DNA of 64,000 nucleotides, from the NCBI GenBank assembly GCA_030603365.1, contig JAUVXV010000001.1, forward strand, positions 128,001 through 192,000. Reading direction: 5' to 3'. The notes under the pieces are model-generated. The model was not told the DNA's origin. It saw only the letters and a list, made by a program, of their open reading frames with translations, and made no database searches. Every line of letters starts with the position of its first letter. The stretch's first letter is position 1. Position numbers and translations under genes: made by a program. This document shows, one piece after another, positions 18,492-28,813 of this stretch. The DNA is from Candidatus Heimdallarchaeota archaeon. Its GTDB lineage: Archaea; Asgardarchaeota; Heimdallarchaeia; Heimdallarchaeales; Heimdallarchaeaceae.

Positions 18492-19808
18492 TTATACTGT
18501 TCCTTCCACATCAACACAGCCTTCTGGAGTAATAGCAAAAACTGCTTCTGTTTCAGGTAAGTAAGGTGAGTCATAAATTCTTATGATTCTTTTTTCTCCT
18601 TTAGATTTTCTTAAGTAGAAACGGGTTATTGCCCAATGTCCTAGAATATTACCACCTATAGCTTGTGTTGGATCTCCAAAAAATGCTGCAGGATTTGATT
18701 GAACTTGATTTGTTATTGCTACTGCAACATCATATGTATCAGCTAACCGTCCTAATATGCCTAAATGATGATTTATTGTTTGTTGCCGTTCAGCAAGAGT
18801 ACCTCTTCCTGCATATTCTGATCTAAAGTGTGCTGTTGCTGAATCAAGTGCTACCAAACCATATTCATCTTTGCGGTTATAGAATAATTCCAGAAGTTTT
18901 TCAACTAAGGTCATTTGATGATCTGAATTATATGCTCTTGCATAAGTGATGTCTCTAAGAACATCCTCAAAACTCTTCTCCCAACCTAGGTCTTTCTGTA
19001 ATTTAGTATGGACAGCTTTTATTCTACTTGGTGAGAATGTCCCTTCTGTATCAATGAAAACAGCTTTTTTACCGACACCACCTAGTTCTGGAGGAAGTTG
19101 GACAGTTACACATAATTGGTGACATATTTGAGATTTTCCAGATCGAAATGGGCCAAAGAGCTCTATTGTTTCTCCAAGTCTAACACCCGAGACACCTAGT
19201 TCATCAATAGTTGTTAGAGCATCTAAAGCTTTTATACCATAAGTAAAAGCAGGCGAACCCTTTTGTTTTTCCATTATATCAAATGCATTGATAAACTCTA
19301 TTCCCCCTCTTATCTCTCTAAGAGCTTCCTTGTATTTCTTAGCTGCACTAGCTGTTATTCCGTATTTTTCTTCTAATTCCCTGATGGGTGTTGTTCCAAG
19401 TAGGTAGACATTTAATCCTTTTTCTCTCAGCATATCAGCTGTAGCTTTTCCAACTCCAGGAAGATCTTCTAAGCCTATTTCTTCTTTGAAGAATTTATAC
19501 TTAGCAATTGAACTTGAAATTTCTTCACGAATTTTTTTTGCTGTTGCTCTTTGAATTCCCAATGCTTGGAGTTTAATAAGACGTGTAGTCATCAATTCTT
19601 CAATTTGAGTAATGTTATTTTCATTCAAAATATCCAACGTTTTTTTTCCTAAACCAGGTACGTCTTCTAATTTTTGATACGCCGATTTTTTAGCTTTTTT
19701 TGAGGTTTCCTTCTCGGCAAGTTCTATAAGGTGTTCTTCATATTGTTCCTCTATTTTTTTTGTATCGGTTTCAGTAGCTTCTTCCTGTATCTCGGTCTCT
19801 TTACTCAT
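18492..19808 (-). CDS. radA: RadA recombinase with duplicated N-terminal HhH domain
   Basis: GPFRSGKSQ, IDTEGTF, RAYNSDHQ, GRGTLAERQQ, TNQV; two LED.PG.G repeats. Confidence 0.93.
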   Translation of the reverse strand: MSKETEIQEEATETDTKKIEEQYEEHLIELAEKETSKKAKKSAYQKLEDVPGLGKKTLDILNENNITQIEELMTTRLIKLQALGIQRATAKKIREEISSSIAKYKFFKEEIGLEDLPGVGKATADMLREKGLNVYLLGTTPIRELEEKYGITASAAKKYKEALREIRGGIEFINAFDIMEKQKGSPAFTYGIKALDALTTIDELGVSGVRLGETIELFGPFRSGKSQICHQLCVTVQLPPELGGVGKKAVFIDTEGTFSPSRIKAVHTKLQKDLGWEKSFEDVLRDITYARAYNSDHQMTLVEKLLELFYNRKDEYGLVALDSATAHFRSEYAGRGTLAERQQTINHHLGILGRLADTYDVAVAITNQVQSNPAAFFGDPTQAIGGNILGHWAITRFYLRKSKGEKRIIRIYDSPYLPETEAVFAITPEGCVDVEGTV

Positions 19809-19830
19809 TACTTTACACCACTACTATTAG

Positions 19831-19903
19831 TTCGAAGAGGTTAGAGTATTTAAAGGTAATACTTAATCAGACAGTAGTCTTACCTTAATTTAACTTCTTC
19901 GGA
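19831..19903. promoter_or_regulatory. Nested inverted repeats around the radA promoter
   Basis: TTCGAAGAGGTTA / TAACTTCTTCGGA (11 of 13) enclosing AAGGTAA / TTACCTT and a TTTAAA box. Confidence 0.45.
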
Positions 19904-19967
19904 GGGAGACTCTACTTCAAAAGTAAAAAACTAATTTTCTGAGATTCTAGTAAACTATAACTCATCC

Positions 19968-20477
19968 CTAATAATCAATTCCTCTTCTAGCTGTAATTCC
20001 CCTACTAAAGGGATGTTTAATCTCATCAATATTGATTATTTTATCAGCTTTATCTTTTATTTCTTCAGGAATCTTTCTCCCTGTTATGATAACTTCCTCT
20101 TTTACTCTATTTATAATAACACTAAGATCTTCCCATTTTACTAAATCATAAGCTAAAGCTAAACCTAACTCATCTAGTAATAAGATGTCTGTTTTGGATT
20201 TCATTAGTTCACTTTTGAGCTCTTCTACTCCTTCGTTTAAGATATCTCTGTACTCTTCTTGTTGTTTTTCTGAGTGGTAGAATTCCTCTTTGCCAAAGCA
20301 AAACCATCGTATTTTATTGTCCTTTTCTAAAAACTTACATTCACCACAATTTTTACCAGTTTTTAAGAATTGAGCAACTAAAATCTCTTTTTCCTTTTGA
20401 CGTTCCAAATAAATGTGTCCTAGAGCTGTGGAAGTTTTACCCCTTCCCTCACCTGTAATAAGAGTAAGTTTTACCAT
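19968..20477 (-). CDS. cobO: Cob(I)alamin adenosyltransferase, CobA/CobO/BtuR type
   Basis: TGEGRGKT, QFLK, LLDE, ITGR, KHPF..G..ARRGIDY. Confidence 0.88.
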   Translation of the reverse strand: MVKLTLITGEGRGKTSTALGHIYLERQKEKEILVAQFLKTGKNCGECKFLEKDNKIRWFCFGKEEFYHSEKQQEEYRDILNEGVEELKSELMKSKTDILLLDELGLALAYDLVKWEDLSVIINRVKEEVIITGRKIPEEIKDKADKIINIDEIKHPFSRGITARRGIDY

Positions 20478-20566
20478 TGTAAACTTTGTGCATTTAATCT
20501 TTTTAAATCTTAATGATTAAGAAGGAATAATTATATTTGGAATATAGGTAGTTTTACCATTGTGAT

Positions 20567-21034
20567 TTAGGTGTCCTGCTCTGTTTTGATCTCATCAGAA
20601 ATTGTTTGTTCTGTGTTTTCGTTTTCTTTTGTTTCTACTTGTTTTTTCTTCTCTTCTTCCCAAATTTTTTCTCCCTTATTGTACATTTTTCCTGTCCCCT
20701 TACATACTGAACATACCTCTTTTCTCGCATCTTGTTTTAAACCAGCATCAACATATCCAGTACCATAACATAATGGACAATTTGTTCCAATAACCCTAGC
20801 ACCTGTTCTTGCATAGATATACGAAAAAACTACAAAAATTAGTCCTAATGATAATAAAATGAATCCTGCTATTTCTAATCCTCTAGCATCAGGTAAAGAT
20901 GGATCCTCTGAAACACTTGCTCCATAATCATACATGTAGATACCTGCAATGAAAAGAACCCCACCAAGTAGAAAAATAGCATACTGAGTTACGTATATTC
21001 GTATATTTGAAACTCTTCGTATTTTTTTGCTCAT
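20567..21034 (-). CDS. 2-TM membrane protein with DnaJ-type zinc finger
   Basis: Two TM helices then CPLCYGTG and CSVCKGTG. Confidence 0.75.
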   Translation of the reverse strand: MSKKIRRVSNIRIYVTQYAIFLLGGVLFIAGIYMYDYGASVSEDPSLPDARGLEIAGFILLSLGLIFVVFSYIYARTGARVIGTNCPLCYGTGYVDAGLKQDARKEVCSVCKGTGKMYNKGEKIWEEEKKKQVETKENENTEQTISDEIKTEQDT

Positions 21035-21125
21035 TATTCATTTCAACACTTAAACGCTGAAAAATCTTGTGTTAAATGTTTAGCATCATTACTAAAAGTA
21101 AATTACCATCCTAAGATATTCTGAC

Positions 21126-21683
21126 TTATCTACCTGCAAGTTTGTATCTGTTATTCTGGTCTTGTATTGCACTTACAATAAGTGCTTTTAAAAGGTCAGT
21201 TACACCATCACCTGTTAAAGCGGATGTTTCGAGATATCTACAGCCTAATCGTCGAGCTATTCTTTCGGCATCGTTTCGTTGAACTTCTCTTGCTACATCT
21301 GTTTTGTTACCAACTATAGTTATGTCCAGTTCAATATTTTCATGTCGCAATTCTCTGATCCAATCTGCACATTTTTTGAAAGAAGCTCTATCAGAAACAT
21401 CGTAAATTATAGCAGCAGCATTCGTACCAGGATAAAGGAGTTTTCTAACAACTCCAAATCTTTTCTGACCTGCCATATCATAAAAAAGAGCAACAGCTTT
21501 TCCTTTTTTTGTATTGAATGAGTAAGTATGAAATTCTGCTCCAACAGTTGGTTTGTATTTTTTCAAGAATATATTTTCACTAATTCTTTTACAAATTGTT
21601 GTCTTTCCAGACCTACCTGGACCACATATGGCTAGCTTATAAATATCATAATCGCGAAATTTAACCTCAACTATAGAGCCCAT
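21126..21683 (-). CDS. Rab-like small GTPase
   Basis: GPGRSGKT, PTVGAEF, DMAGQ, NKTD, ETSA. Confidence 0.92.
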   Translation of the reverse strand: MGSIVEVKFRDYDIYKLAICGPGRSGKTTICKRISENIFLKKYKPTVGAEFHTYSFNTKKGKAVALFYDMAGQKRFGVVRKLLYPGTNAAAIIYDVSDRASFKKCADWIRELRHENIELDITIVGNKTDVAREVQRNDAERIARRLGCRYLETSALTGDGVTDLLKALIVSAIQDQNNRYKLAGR

Positions 21684-21829
21684 ATCTGAGGAGCACCAAT
21701 TAAAAACTCAGAAAAATCAATAAAAGGCGATGTAATACCTAACAGTTACGAGAACCCATATGTGTTGATTGTTGGAATTCACACACACTGCTGAATTTTT
21801 AAATATCACCAAGCTTAAATTTGATTAGG

Positions 21830-22684
21830 ATGAGTTCTGAATTCGAAAGAGTAGCTGTTATTGGTTCAGGAATAATGGGTAGTGGTATTGCTCTTGTTTT
21901 AGCTAAAGCTGGAATAGCTGTAAATATAGTAGATGTTGACCAAAAATATCTTGATTCTGGTTCGCAAAATATTGAGGACTTTCTGAATAACAGCATAAAA
22001 AAAGGAAAAATAACTGATAAAGAAGTGAACAGTCTGAAGAATAATATTCATCCATTACTAAGTTTAAATGAAGCAACCAAGGACATACAACTTGTTATAG
22101 AAGCTATCACTGAGGATGAGAATGCAAAGAAACAGTTATTCGAAGAACTAGATCCTATGTGTGAAAGTAGCGTTATTTTTGCAACTAACACTTCTGCTAT
22201 CAATATTTCAGAACTTGCAATGGCTACAAAGCGTTCTGATAAATTTTTAGGGATGCATTTCTTCAACCCTCCAGCTTTGATGAATCTAGTAGAAGTTATA
22301 GAAGGTGAAAAAACAAGTACAGAAACCATTGAGAAAATAATTTCTCTGTGCACGTTCCTTGGGAAAACTCCTGTTCCTTCGAAAGAAGCTCCAGGTTTTA
22401 TTGTTAATAGATTGTTATGGATGTTCTTGAATGAAGCATACAAGCTGTTAGAAAATGAAATTGCAGCAAAAGAACATATAGATAAAGCAATCAAATTGGG
22501 TTTAAATCATCCTATGGGACCTTTTGAGCTTTCTGATTATATTGGTCTAGATGTTGTATTGGATATAGGTAAGTATATTGAAAATCAGCTGGGTGGAGAA
22601 TATAAACCTGCTAATTTGCTCCGAAAGATGGTTAAAGAGGGTAAATTGGGTAGAAAAACTAGTAAGGGTTTTTACGATTACTGA
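21830..22684 (+). CDS. 3-hydroxyacyl-CoA (3-hydroxybutyryl-CoA) dehydrogenase
   Basis: GSGIMGSG, EAITE, TNTS, GMHFFNP, PGFIVNR, PMGPF. Confidence 0.93.
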   Translation: MSSEFERVAVIGSGIMGSGIALVLAKAGIAVNIVDVDQKYLDSGSQNIEDFLNNSIKKGKITDKEVNSLKNNIHPLLSLNEATKDIQLVIEAITEDENAKKQLFEELDPMCESSVIFATNTSAINISELAMATKRSDKFLGMHFFNPPALMNLVEVIEGEKTSTETIEKIISLCTFLGKTPVPSKEAPGFIVNRLLWMFLNEAYKLLENEIAAKEHIDKAIKLGLNHPMGPFELSDYIGLDVVLDIGKYIENQLGGEYKPANLLRKMVKEGKLGRKTSKGFYDY

Positions 22685-22718
22685 AAATAGATAAATTGAG
22701 AAGATGTTGTAAAAAAAC

Positions 22719-23408
22719 TTACCTTCTTCTGAAGTATAATACGAGACCTGCTAACATTGCGATTACAGCAGGTACAATTCCATAAATTACCCAAGCCCAA
22801 CCTTCTGATAATACATTTCCTATATCCCATTGTGGTAGATTAGTATCAATCACAGGTATTCCAGAAACAAAACTAAGTATGAACCTATTTTGACTTCTTA
22901 CACTCTCTTGTAAGTCGGTCCAGTTATCATAAAATGACATATAAACCCAAGGTACCTGAGAATCACTTATTGTATCAGATGTAACATTATATTTGAAAAT
23001 CATTTTTTCATTTGGTTTAATTTCTGTTATATTGTACTCTAAATAACTTTCAGTCAGTAATAAATCTGATATATTTACTGGGGTAAATTCGTTTATAACA
23101 GGCGATGTCATTGTCTCGTTGAGTGTAATATTATCTCCACTTAAAACTCCAAATGAACATCCTGTAAGTCTGAGTTGGTTTATGTCAGTAAGATTCAGTG
23201 AAACTGTAATATTTGTTATTGTATAATTTAGGAAGTTTTTAATAAAAATACCCACAGTTATATTGTCACCAACAACTGTTTCTCTGTCAAATGCTACTTG
23301 ATCAAATATTAATGATTCTTCTTCTGGAATAAAACTTACAGTTGAGTAAGTATAACCTAGCATAGTTATTAGCAAAGTTATGAAGAGTATTTGACTAAGT
23401 TTTCTCAT
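22719..23408 (-). CDS. Type I membrane glycoprotein, probable TRAP-beta (SSR2)-like
   Basis: Signal peptide, Ig-like beta domain with many N-x-S/T sequons, C-terminal TM and RRR tail. Confidence 0.55.
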   Translation of the reverse strand: MRKLSQILFITLLITMLGYTYSTVSFIPEEESLIFDQVAFDRETVVGDNITVGIFIKNFLNYTITNITVSLNLTDINQLRLTGCSFGVLSGDNITLNETMTSPVINEFTPVNISDLLLTESYLEYNITEIKPNEKMIFKYNVTSDTISDSQVPWVYMSFYDNWTDLQESVRSQNRFILSFVSGIPVIDTNLPQWDIGNVLSEGWAWVIYGIVPAVIAMLAGLVLYFRRR

Positions 23409-23489
23409 AGTGTTGTCTCCTTCAGACCATAAAAAGTGATAATGTTTTTAACTTTAACTCTTTGTGAGCCATTTAATATCCTAAGTTGT

Positions 23490-24203
23490 TCATATTAAAT
23501 CTAGCGTATTTTGATATGCTCTTACAATATCAATATTTTCTATTACAGAAGATTTAGCAACAATTTCGGGTAGTTGTTGATTTACCCAATTCATTGCATC
23601 CTCCATTTTTTTACGCATAGTTGGATCTGTTTTTCTAAATATATCTACTAAATTATCAAAATCGATACTTTGTTCGTTTTCCAATAACTCAAGCCATGCT
23701 TTAAGAGTTGCAATTCTTTGAGAAGGCAGTATAAATTCTACTGTTTTTGCAATTTTATTTGCTACAACAACTCCTTTAATCTTTACAGGCATTAATGCTA
23801 GAAACTGTCCACCGAGTTGAGATCTAAAAAACATAGACAGTATCTTTGTTTTATCTGTAATTCTTAATCTATTATAGAGTAAATCGTAGTTTACCAGTGT
23901 TGTACCAAAAAAGATTCTTGTATCTCCATGTTCAATATTCAGAGCTGAATTAGATTCTAGTTTTGCATTCAAATCTGTAGTTCTGAATTTTATCCCTATT
24001 ACTATTGGAAGATCTTCAGAAAGTTTTGCTAGAACCTTATCTATTTCCCCCTCAATTACTAGGTCATCTCCTGAATGTGAAAAACGTGGATCAAATATTC
24101 TTTTAATGGTTACCTCTTCCTCTTCAAGGGCTGAATATAAATCATTTAAGCTTTCAATGTTCAGAGATTTTTGTGAAATTCTTATCATAACAGTTTCAGG
24201 CAT
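23490..24203 (-). CDS. Hypothetical protein immediately downstream of polB
   Basis: 237-aa ORF, 16-nt gap with GAGGTG RBS. Confidence 0.7.
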   Translation of the reverse strand: MPETVMIRISQKSLNIESLNDLYSALEEEEVTIKRIFDPRFSHSGDDLVIEGEIDKVLAKLSEDLPIVIGIKFRTTDLNAKLESNSALNIEHGDTRIFFGTTLVNYDLLYNRLRITDKTKILSMFFRSQLGGQFLALMPVKIKGVVVANKIAKTVEFILPSQRIATLKAWLELLENEQSIDFDNLVDIFRKTDPTMRKKMEDAMNWVNQQLPEIVAKSSVIENIDIVRAYQNTLDLI

Positions 24204-24219
24204 CTAGCACACCTCATGT

Positions 24220-27003
24220 CTACTTAAACCAATTATCAAGTGATTTCTGACCCTCAATTGATTCATCCCATGAGATACCAATTGTGTCCAGTAATTGTAT
24301 CAAAGTAGATTTTAGTAGTTCTTTAACTTTCGGTATATCTACGTCAGTTTTCTTAGCTAATTGAAGTGGTTTGACAGAACACTCACTACTACCAGTAATT
24401 TTGTCAGATAGTTTAATTGAATGTGATATTCTAAACGGTTTGGTTTTGATAAAACTAATAAAACTTCCAATGGTGGGTTTTTCGCCATCAGGAGAATTGA
24501 TTATTAGTTGAATTGCTGCCTGAAGTGGTTGAGTCCAACTCTCGTATTGATCTATTTTCTTAGATAATGTAACAGTAATAGCTAGGTCCTCTAATTCAAA
24601 CTCTTTCTTTGAAATCTTCTGAACAACTCTCTGAATTGTTTTGATAATACCAGATTTTGCGTTTTCAAGTTCTTTTGGAGTTTGAACGTCTGTTAAAATC
24701 TCCAGAGCTTTCTCAAAAGGTTTTTTAGCTAATTCAGGCGTATTCTTCTTTTTACCCATCAACCCTTTAACTATAGGAATACCCTTTGTTGTTATTCCAA
24801 AATAGTTTTTCTTTCTGTCTGAAAGGCAACAATATCTGAAAATATAGTCAGTACCAAGTTCAATTTGAAAGGTGTCCATGCTCCATTGCTCTAGTTCTTT
24901 AATGTTCTCGGGTGTTGGTTTATGAACAAATATACTGTCAGTATCACCATAAAGAACATTTAAACCTAATTTCTCTTCAGTATATTGCTTGGTTTTTGAT
25001 ATTGCTTCTCGTGCAAAAGCTGCAGTTGATTCTGCTACAGGAGGACAATACAACGCAAAATTATCTGAACCAAATACACCATAGGAAGCGTTTAGTAAAA
25101 CTTTTAGTGAGGATTGGATTACATCACTCAAATTTCTCTCTTCTTTACTTAAAGTTGAATCTTTCACTCTATCTTTGAACCAATAGACCCTAATATCTCG
25201 AATAAATCCAACAAGCATAGAACTTATTCCAACCTGTTTTTCACAAATCCAATGGTTTGTCTCTGGGATTTTGTTTTTCTTACACTCAGGGTGTTTACAA
25301 TTAATAGTTTCATAAGATAGATTTCTTGTTTTTATAATTGACGGATAAAGACTTGCAAAATCGAGAGTATAAACATTCCACCATATTCCTGCTTTAGGTT
25401 CTATAACTATTGCACCTTGATACTTCTTCCCTTTTATAATCGCTTCTGTAGAAGTATCTCCTTTAAGTAGCAAAATATCTTCTCTTCTAGGGATTAAATT
25501 ATTTCTGATTCTGTGCTCATAATACATCCAATTCTGAATCCATATACTAATGCTTGCTCTGGTAAAGTCATCAATTGGCATTTTTGTGATTCTTGAAAGC
25601 ATAATGATGAGTTCTATTACTTGATTGTTGTTGAAACTTGTTAATTCAAATGTTATTTCAGCATCACGGGCATTATATTCTATAAGTTCTTCAAGTTCTA
25701 AATCCCAAATTTCCTTTTCATGTTTTAGCTTTTCTTTTCCTAGCAATGTTCTTCCTAGCTCATCGAGAGTGTTGCGGTCATATGCACCTCCAAACGCGTA
25801 AATGCGAATTGCTGGTTGTCTGAAGAATCTATACAAATCAAGATGGATTCCATTTACTAGATAAACATCTTGTGTTCTTGTTCTAATAAATGGAATTAAG
25901 CTTTCTTTTATTTCCAATCTTTTTGCACGGCTGTCTAAATATAGAAAATCAAAGCTATCTCCATTAAATGTAGCAACAATCGGATATTTGCTTATTTCTT
26001 TGAAAACCGCAATTAACAAATCCGCTTCATTATCGAATTCCTTTATCTTCTTAGTTATTAAATTTCTATCAATCTGCTTCTTTTTCTCATTTAAAACATA
26101 TACACAAGTTTCTCCTTTCTCCTTAGTTATACCGATAGAAATGACTTTTTGCTTTGCTACATGAGGATCAGGTATTTTGTTCTTTTCACTTTCCACTTCT
26201 ATGTCTACAGAACATCGTTTTAATGAAGGAATAGGTGCAAAAAATATTGGTAGGTATTGTTCTACAAGTTCTAAAATTTCTGAAGATTGTCCCTTGAAAA
26301 TCTCAAGTATGTTATTCTTAACAGTGTCTTCTATTTTGGGTTCTTTTCTAACAAGTTTATTGTCTTTAATTTCATAGAAAAGTCCAGGAACTAGAGCATT
26401 GTCATAAATATAATTCAAATGATATCTTATATTTGCTTCAAAAGCGGGAGTTATTTTTTCTCTAAAACTGTTATCTCTTCCTCCAACTGCTAGAGGATTT
26501 GTTGCTAAGACTTTTGTTAATGACAACTCTTTTTCATTCAACCGACTATATTTCTTTACAACTTCACATCCAACAAATTCCTTTTGATTCTTTAGTGTAT
26601 TTTCTACATCTGTTTTTTTCATAGTTGTTAATAAATAAGGAAGATGATTTGTTGAATCATACCATCTATAGACTTTTTCATCATCAGGATTATACAATTT
26701 AACATAAGCCTTCTCGCTTTTTCCATGATATTTAACATCAATTAAGTAAGAAGCAGAAAGATTTTCAGGAGCCAGAATAACAAAATCACTACCTTTCTCT
26801 TCTAAAATCTGTTCAGTTTTATCAAAAACCTCCTCCTTCTCAAACCCATTACTTTCATTATTCTGCTGATTTTTACTTTCTACTTTTTTGTTTAAATCCG
26901 TATTTTCAGATTTGCTAGACTGTGAATTTTTGTTTTGAGGATTTTTAATAAAACTCATTAAATCTCTATCATTTTGATTGTCTTTTTTGTTATTTTGGCT
27001 CAA
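24220..27003 (-). CDS. polB: Family B DNA polymerase, PolB1-like
   Basis: Exo DIE and FNGDSFD; DFASLYPS, K...NASYG, YGDTDS, KKNYFG; C-terminal PIP box QKSLDNWF. Confidence 0.95.
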   Translation of the reverse strand: MSQNNKKDNQNDRDLMSFIKNPQNKNSQSSKSENTDLNKKVESKNQQNNESNGFEKEEVFDKTEQILEEKGSDFVILAPENLSASYLIDVKYHGKSEKAYVKLYNPDDEKVYRWYDSTNHLPYLLTTMKKTDVENTLKNQKEFVGCEVVKKYSRLNEKELSLTKVLATNPLAVGGRDNSFREKITPAFEANIRYHLNYIYDNALVPGLFYEIKDNKLVRKEPKIEDTVKNNILEIFKGQSSEILELVEQYLPIFFAPIPSLKRCSVDIEVESEKNKIPDPHVAKQKVISIGITKEKGETCVYVLNEKKKQIDRNLITKKIKEFDNEADLLIAVFKEISKYPIVATFNGDSFDFLYLDSRAKRLEIKESLIPFIRTRTQDVYLVNGIHLDLYRFFRQPAIRIYAFGGAYDRNTLDELGRTLLGKEKLKHEKEIWDLELEELIEYNARDAEITFELTSFNNNQVIELIIMLSRITKMPIDDFTRASISIWIQNWMYYEHRIRNNLIPRREDILLLKGDTSTEAIIKGKKYQGAIVIEPKAGIWWNVYTLDFASLYPSIIKTRNLSYETINCKHPECKKNKIPETNHWICEKQVGISSMLVGFIRDIRVYWFKDRVKDSTLSKEERNLSDVIQSSLKVLLNASYGVFGSDNFALYCPPVAESTAAFAREAISKTKQYTEEKLGLNVLYGDTDSIFVHKPTPENIKELEQWSMDTFQIELGTDYIFRYCCLSDRKKNYFGITTKGIPIVKGLMGKKKNTPELAKKPFEKALEILTDVQTPKELENAKSGIIKTIQRVVQKISKKEFELEDLAITVTLSKKIDQYESWTQPLQAAIQLIINSPDGEKPTIGSFISFIKTKPFRISHSIKLSDKITGSSECSVKPLQLAKKTDVDIPKVKELLKSTLIQLLDTIGISWDESIEGQKSLDNWFK

Positions 27004-27207
27004 AATTGTTATACCTCTTTAGACTTATGCAACCTTAATTGATATTCCTGTTCTAGCTTAATTTTTATCAAGTCTTCATACATATCAATATATCGCTTTC
27101 CTATTAAATTTCACTGAATGGTTACCTATTCTAAATACTAACTGATTTTTTTATTAATAAATCCATCAAATTTTTCTTTTCCCGCTAATTTTATTTATGA
27201 TGACATA

Positions 27208-27654
27208 TTGGAATTATATATGAAATCAAAGACTGATCAATTGGTTAAAGTACACTACCTAAGATTGATGAAGGGAGAAGATTTACTAGCAAGTATAATT
27301 ACCTATTGTAAAGACAAAGACATTTCTTCTGGTTCAGTGCATGGTATTGGTGCCATAGGTAATCCCTCACTTGGATATTTTGATTTAGAAACTCAAACTT
27401 ATCAGACAAATAATTATGATTTCAATGCAGAACTAGTTAACTGCACCGGGAACATTGCAAAAAATAGAGAAACAGGGGAAATAATTGCCCATTTGCACAT
27501 GGTTGTAGGTGATTCTAAAGGTAAAACATATGGGGGGCATGTTATGCCCAATAACAAGATAAGTGTAACAGGAGAATTTGTTATCTTTGAAACAGCAATT
27601 GGTAATTACCGTACTCTTGATGAAGATTTCCAATTACTTCTACTAGATTTGTGA
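27208..27654 (+). CDS. PPC/DUF296 domain protein
   Basis: GIGA, ELVNCTGN, HLH, GGH. Confidence 0.88.
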   Translation: MELYMKSKTDQLVKVHYLRLMKGEDLLASIITYCKDKDISSGSVHGIGAIGNPSLGYFDLETQTYQTNNYDFNAELVNCTGNIAKNRETGEIIAHLHMVVGDSKGKTYGGHVMPNNKISVTGEFVIFETAIGNYRTLDEDFQLLLLDL

Positions 27655-27797
27655 TTAGACTAATGGATCTCATTTCTATTTCTTCTTCCCGTTAATTGTA
27701 ATTATCAATTCAACAGAAGCTTTTCTTCTAATAAATTAAAATCCTCTAACAAACTTTTAATAAGGTAAAAAGTGTTTATCATATCAAAAGCAACATC

Positions 27798-28811
27798 GTG
27801 GTCATAGTGACAGATATACTACAAACTATCCTTGAAAGTGGAGCAATTCTAGTGATTGATCCAACAGTTATTCAAACAAACCCTGATGATTTTCTAGATC
27901 ATTATGGACATATTTTAGATGTGATTGCACTCGTTGCAAAAGGTAAATCTGGATTTACTTTCTATCAAAGCAACAGTGCTCCACGAGATAAGACAAATGG
28001 AGTATTTTTCCATTCCTTCTGTACAATAGCAGATAATATGGGAATAAAAGTAGATGCGATTGTTAATTCTTATAGCGATAATTTTCTATCACAAAATGCT
28101 GATTTTCAAGTAGTAAGCAGTGATGGAGCTACTATTTCTTCATTTGCATGCCCAAGTCAAGAGAGTTTCAGCCGGTATTTGGCTTCCATTTCCTATGAAG
28201 TAGCTCACTATCCAATAGACGGATTAATTCTTGATGATTTAATGCTCCCTAATAAAAAAACATGTTTCTGTGATAGGTGTCGTCGATTGTTTGCTAGTAA
28301 ATGGAACATTGAACGTGATTTCAGTTTTGAATATCTAGAATCTAAGGATTTATTGACAAATTGGAATGATGAACGATCTACTTACATAAATCAAACTCTA
28401 AAAGAAGTTACTGATACAGTTAAAGGGTTGAAAAACATCGATATTTCCATAATAATGAAAACAGATAAAGAAACTGAATCTTTAATCGGTTCTCATGATC
28501 ATTTCGGTCAGAATATTGTTGAATTAGCGAAAATTACAAGTAATTTGATATTACATGTAAACCCTTGGAGCGAGATTTCTCCCTCTAAGACTGATCCTGG
28601 ATATCAACAATTACTAACTTCTTTATCAGTACTGAGTGAATACTCAGGAACAGGAATTAAACCCTCACTTTATTTCTGGAATATCACAACACCTGAGAAA
28701 GTCGAAACCGCAATACAACTAAAAGATGATTTAAAAGCAGAAAAATTGTATATCGATTCATCTTTACCACATGATTTTACAAAAAGAAGGACTATCAATC
28801 TAGGGTTTTAA
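27798..28811 (+). CDS. Divergent glycoside-hydrolase-like TIM barrel protein
   Basis: ACPS, YPIDGLILDD and CFCDRC resemble GHL10/GH42-like proteins. Confidence 0.55.
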   Translation: MVIVTDILQTILESGAILVIDPTVIQTNPDDFLDHYGHILDVIALVAKGKSGFTFYQSNSAPRDKTNGVFFHSFCTIADNMGIKVDAIVNSYSDNFLSQNADFQVVSSDGATISSFACPSQESFSRYLASISYEVAHYPIDGLILDDLMLPNKKTCFCDRCRRLFASKWNIERDFSFEYLESKDLLTNWNDERSTYINQTLKEVTDTVKGLKNIDISIIMKTDKETESLIGSHDHFGQNIVELAKITSNLILHVNPWSEISPSKTDPGYQQLLTSLSVLSEYSGTGIKPSLYFWNITTPEKVETAIQLKDDLKAEKLYIDSSLPHDFTKRRTINLGF

Positions 28812-28813
28812 CA

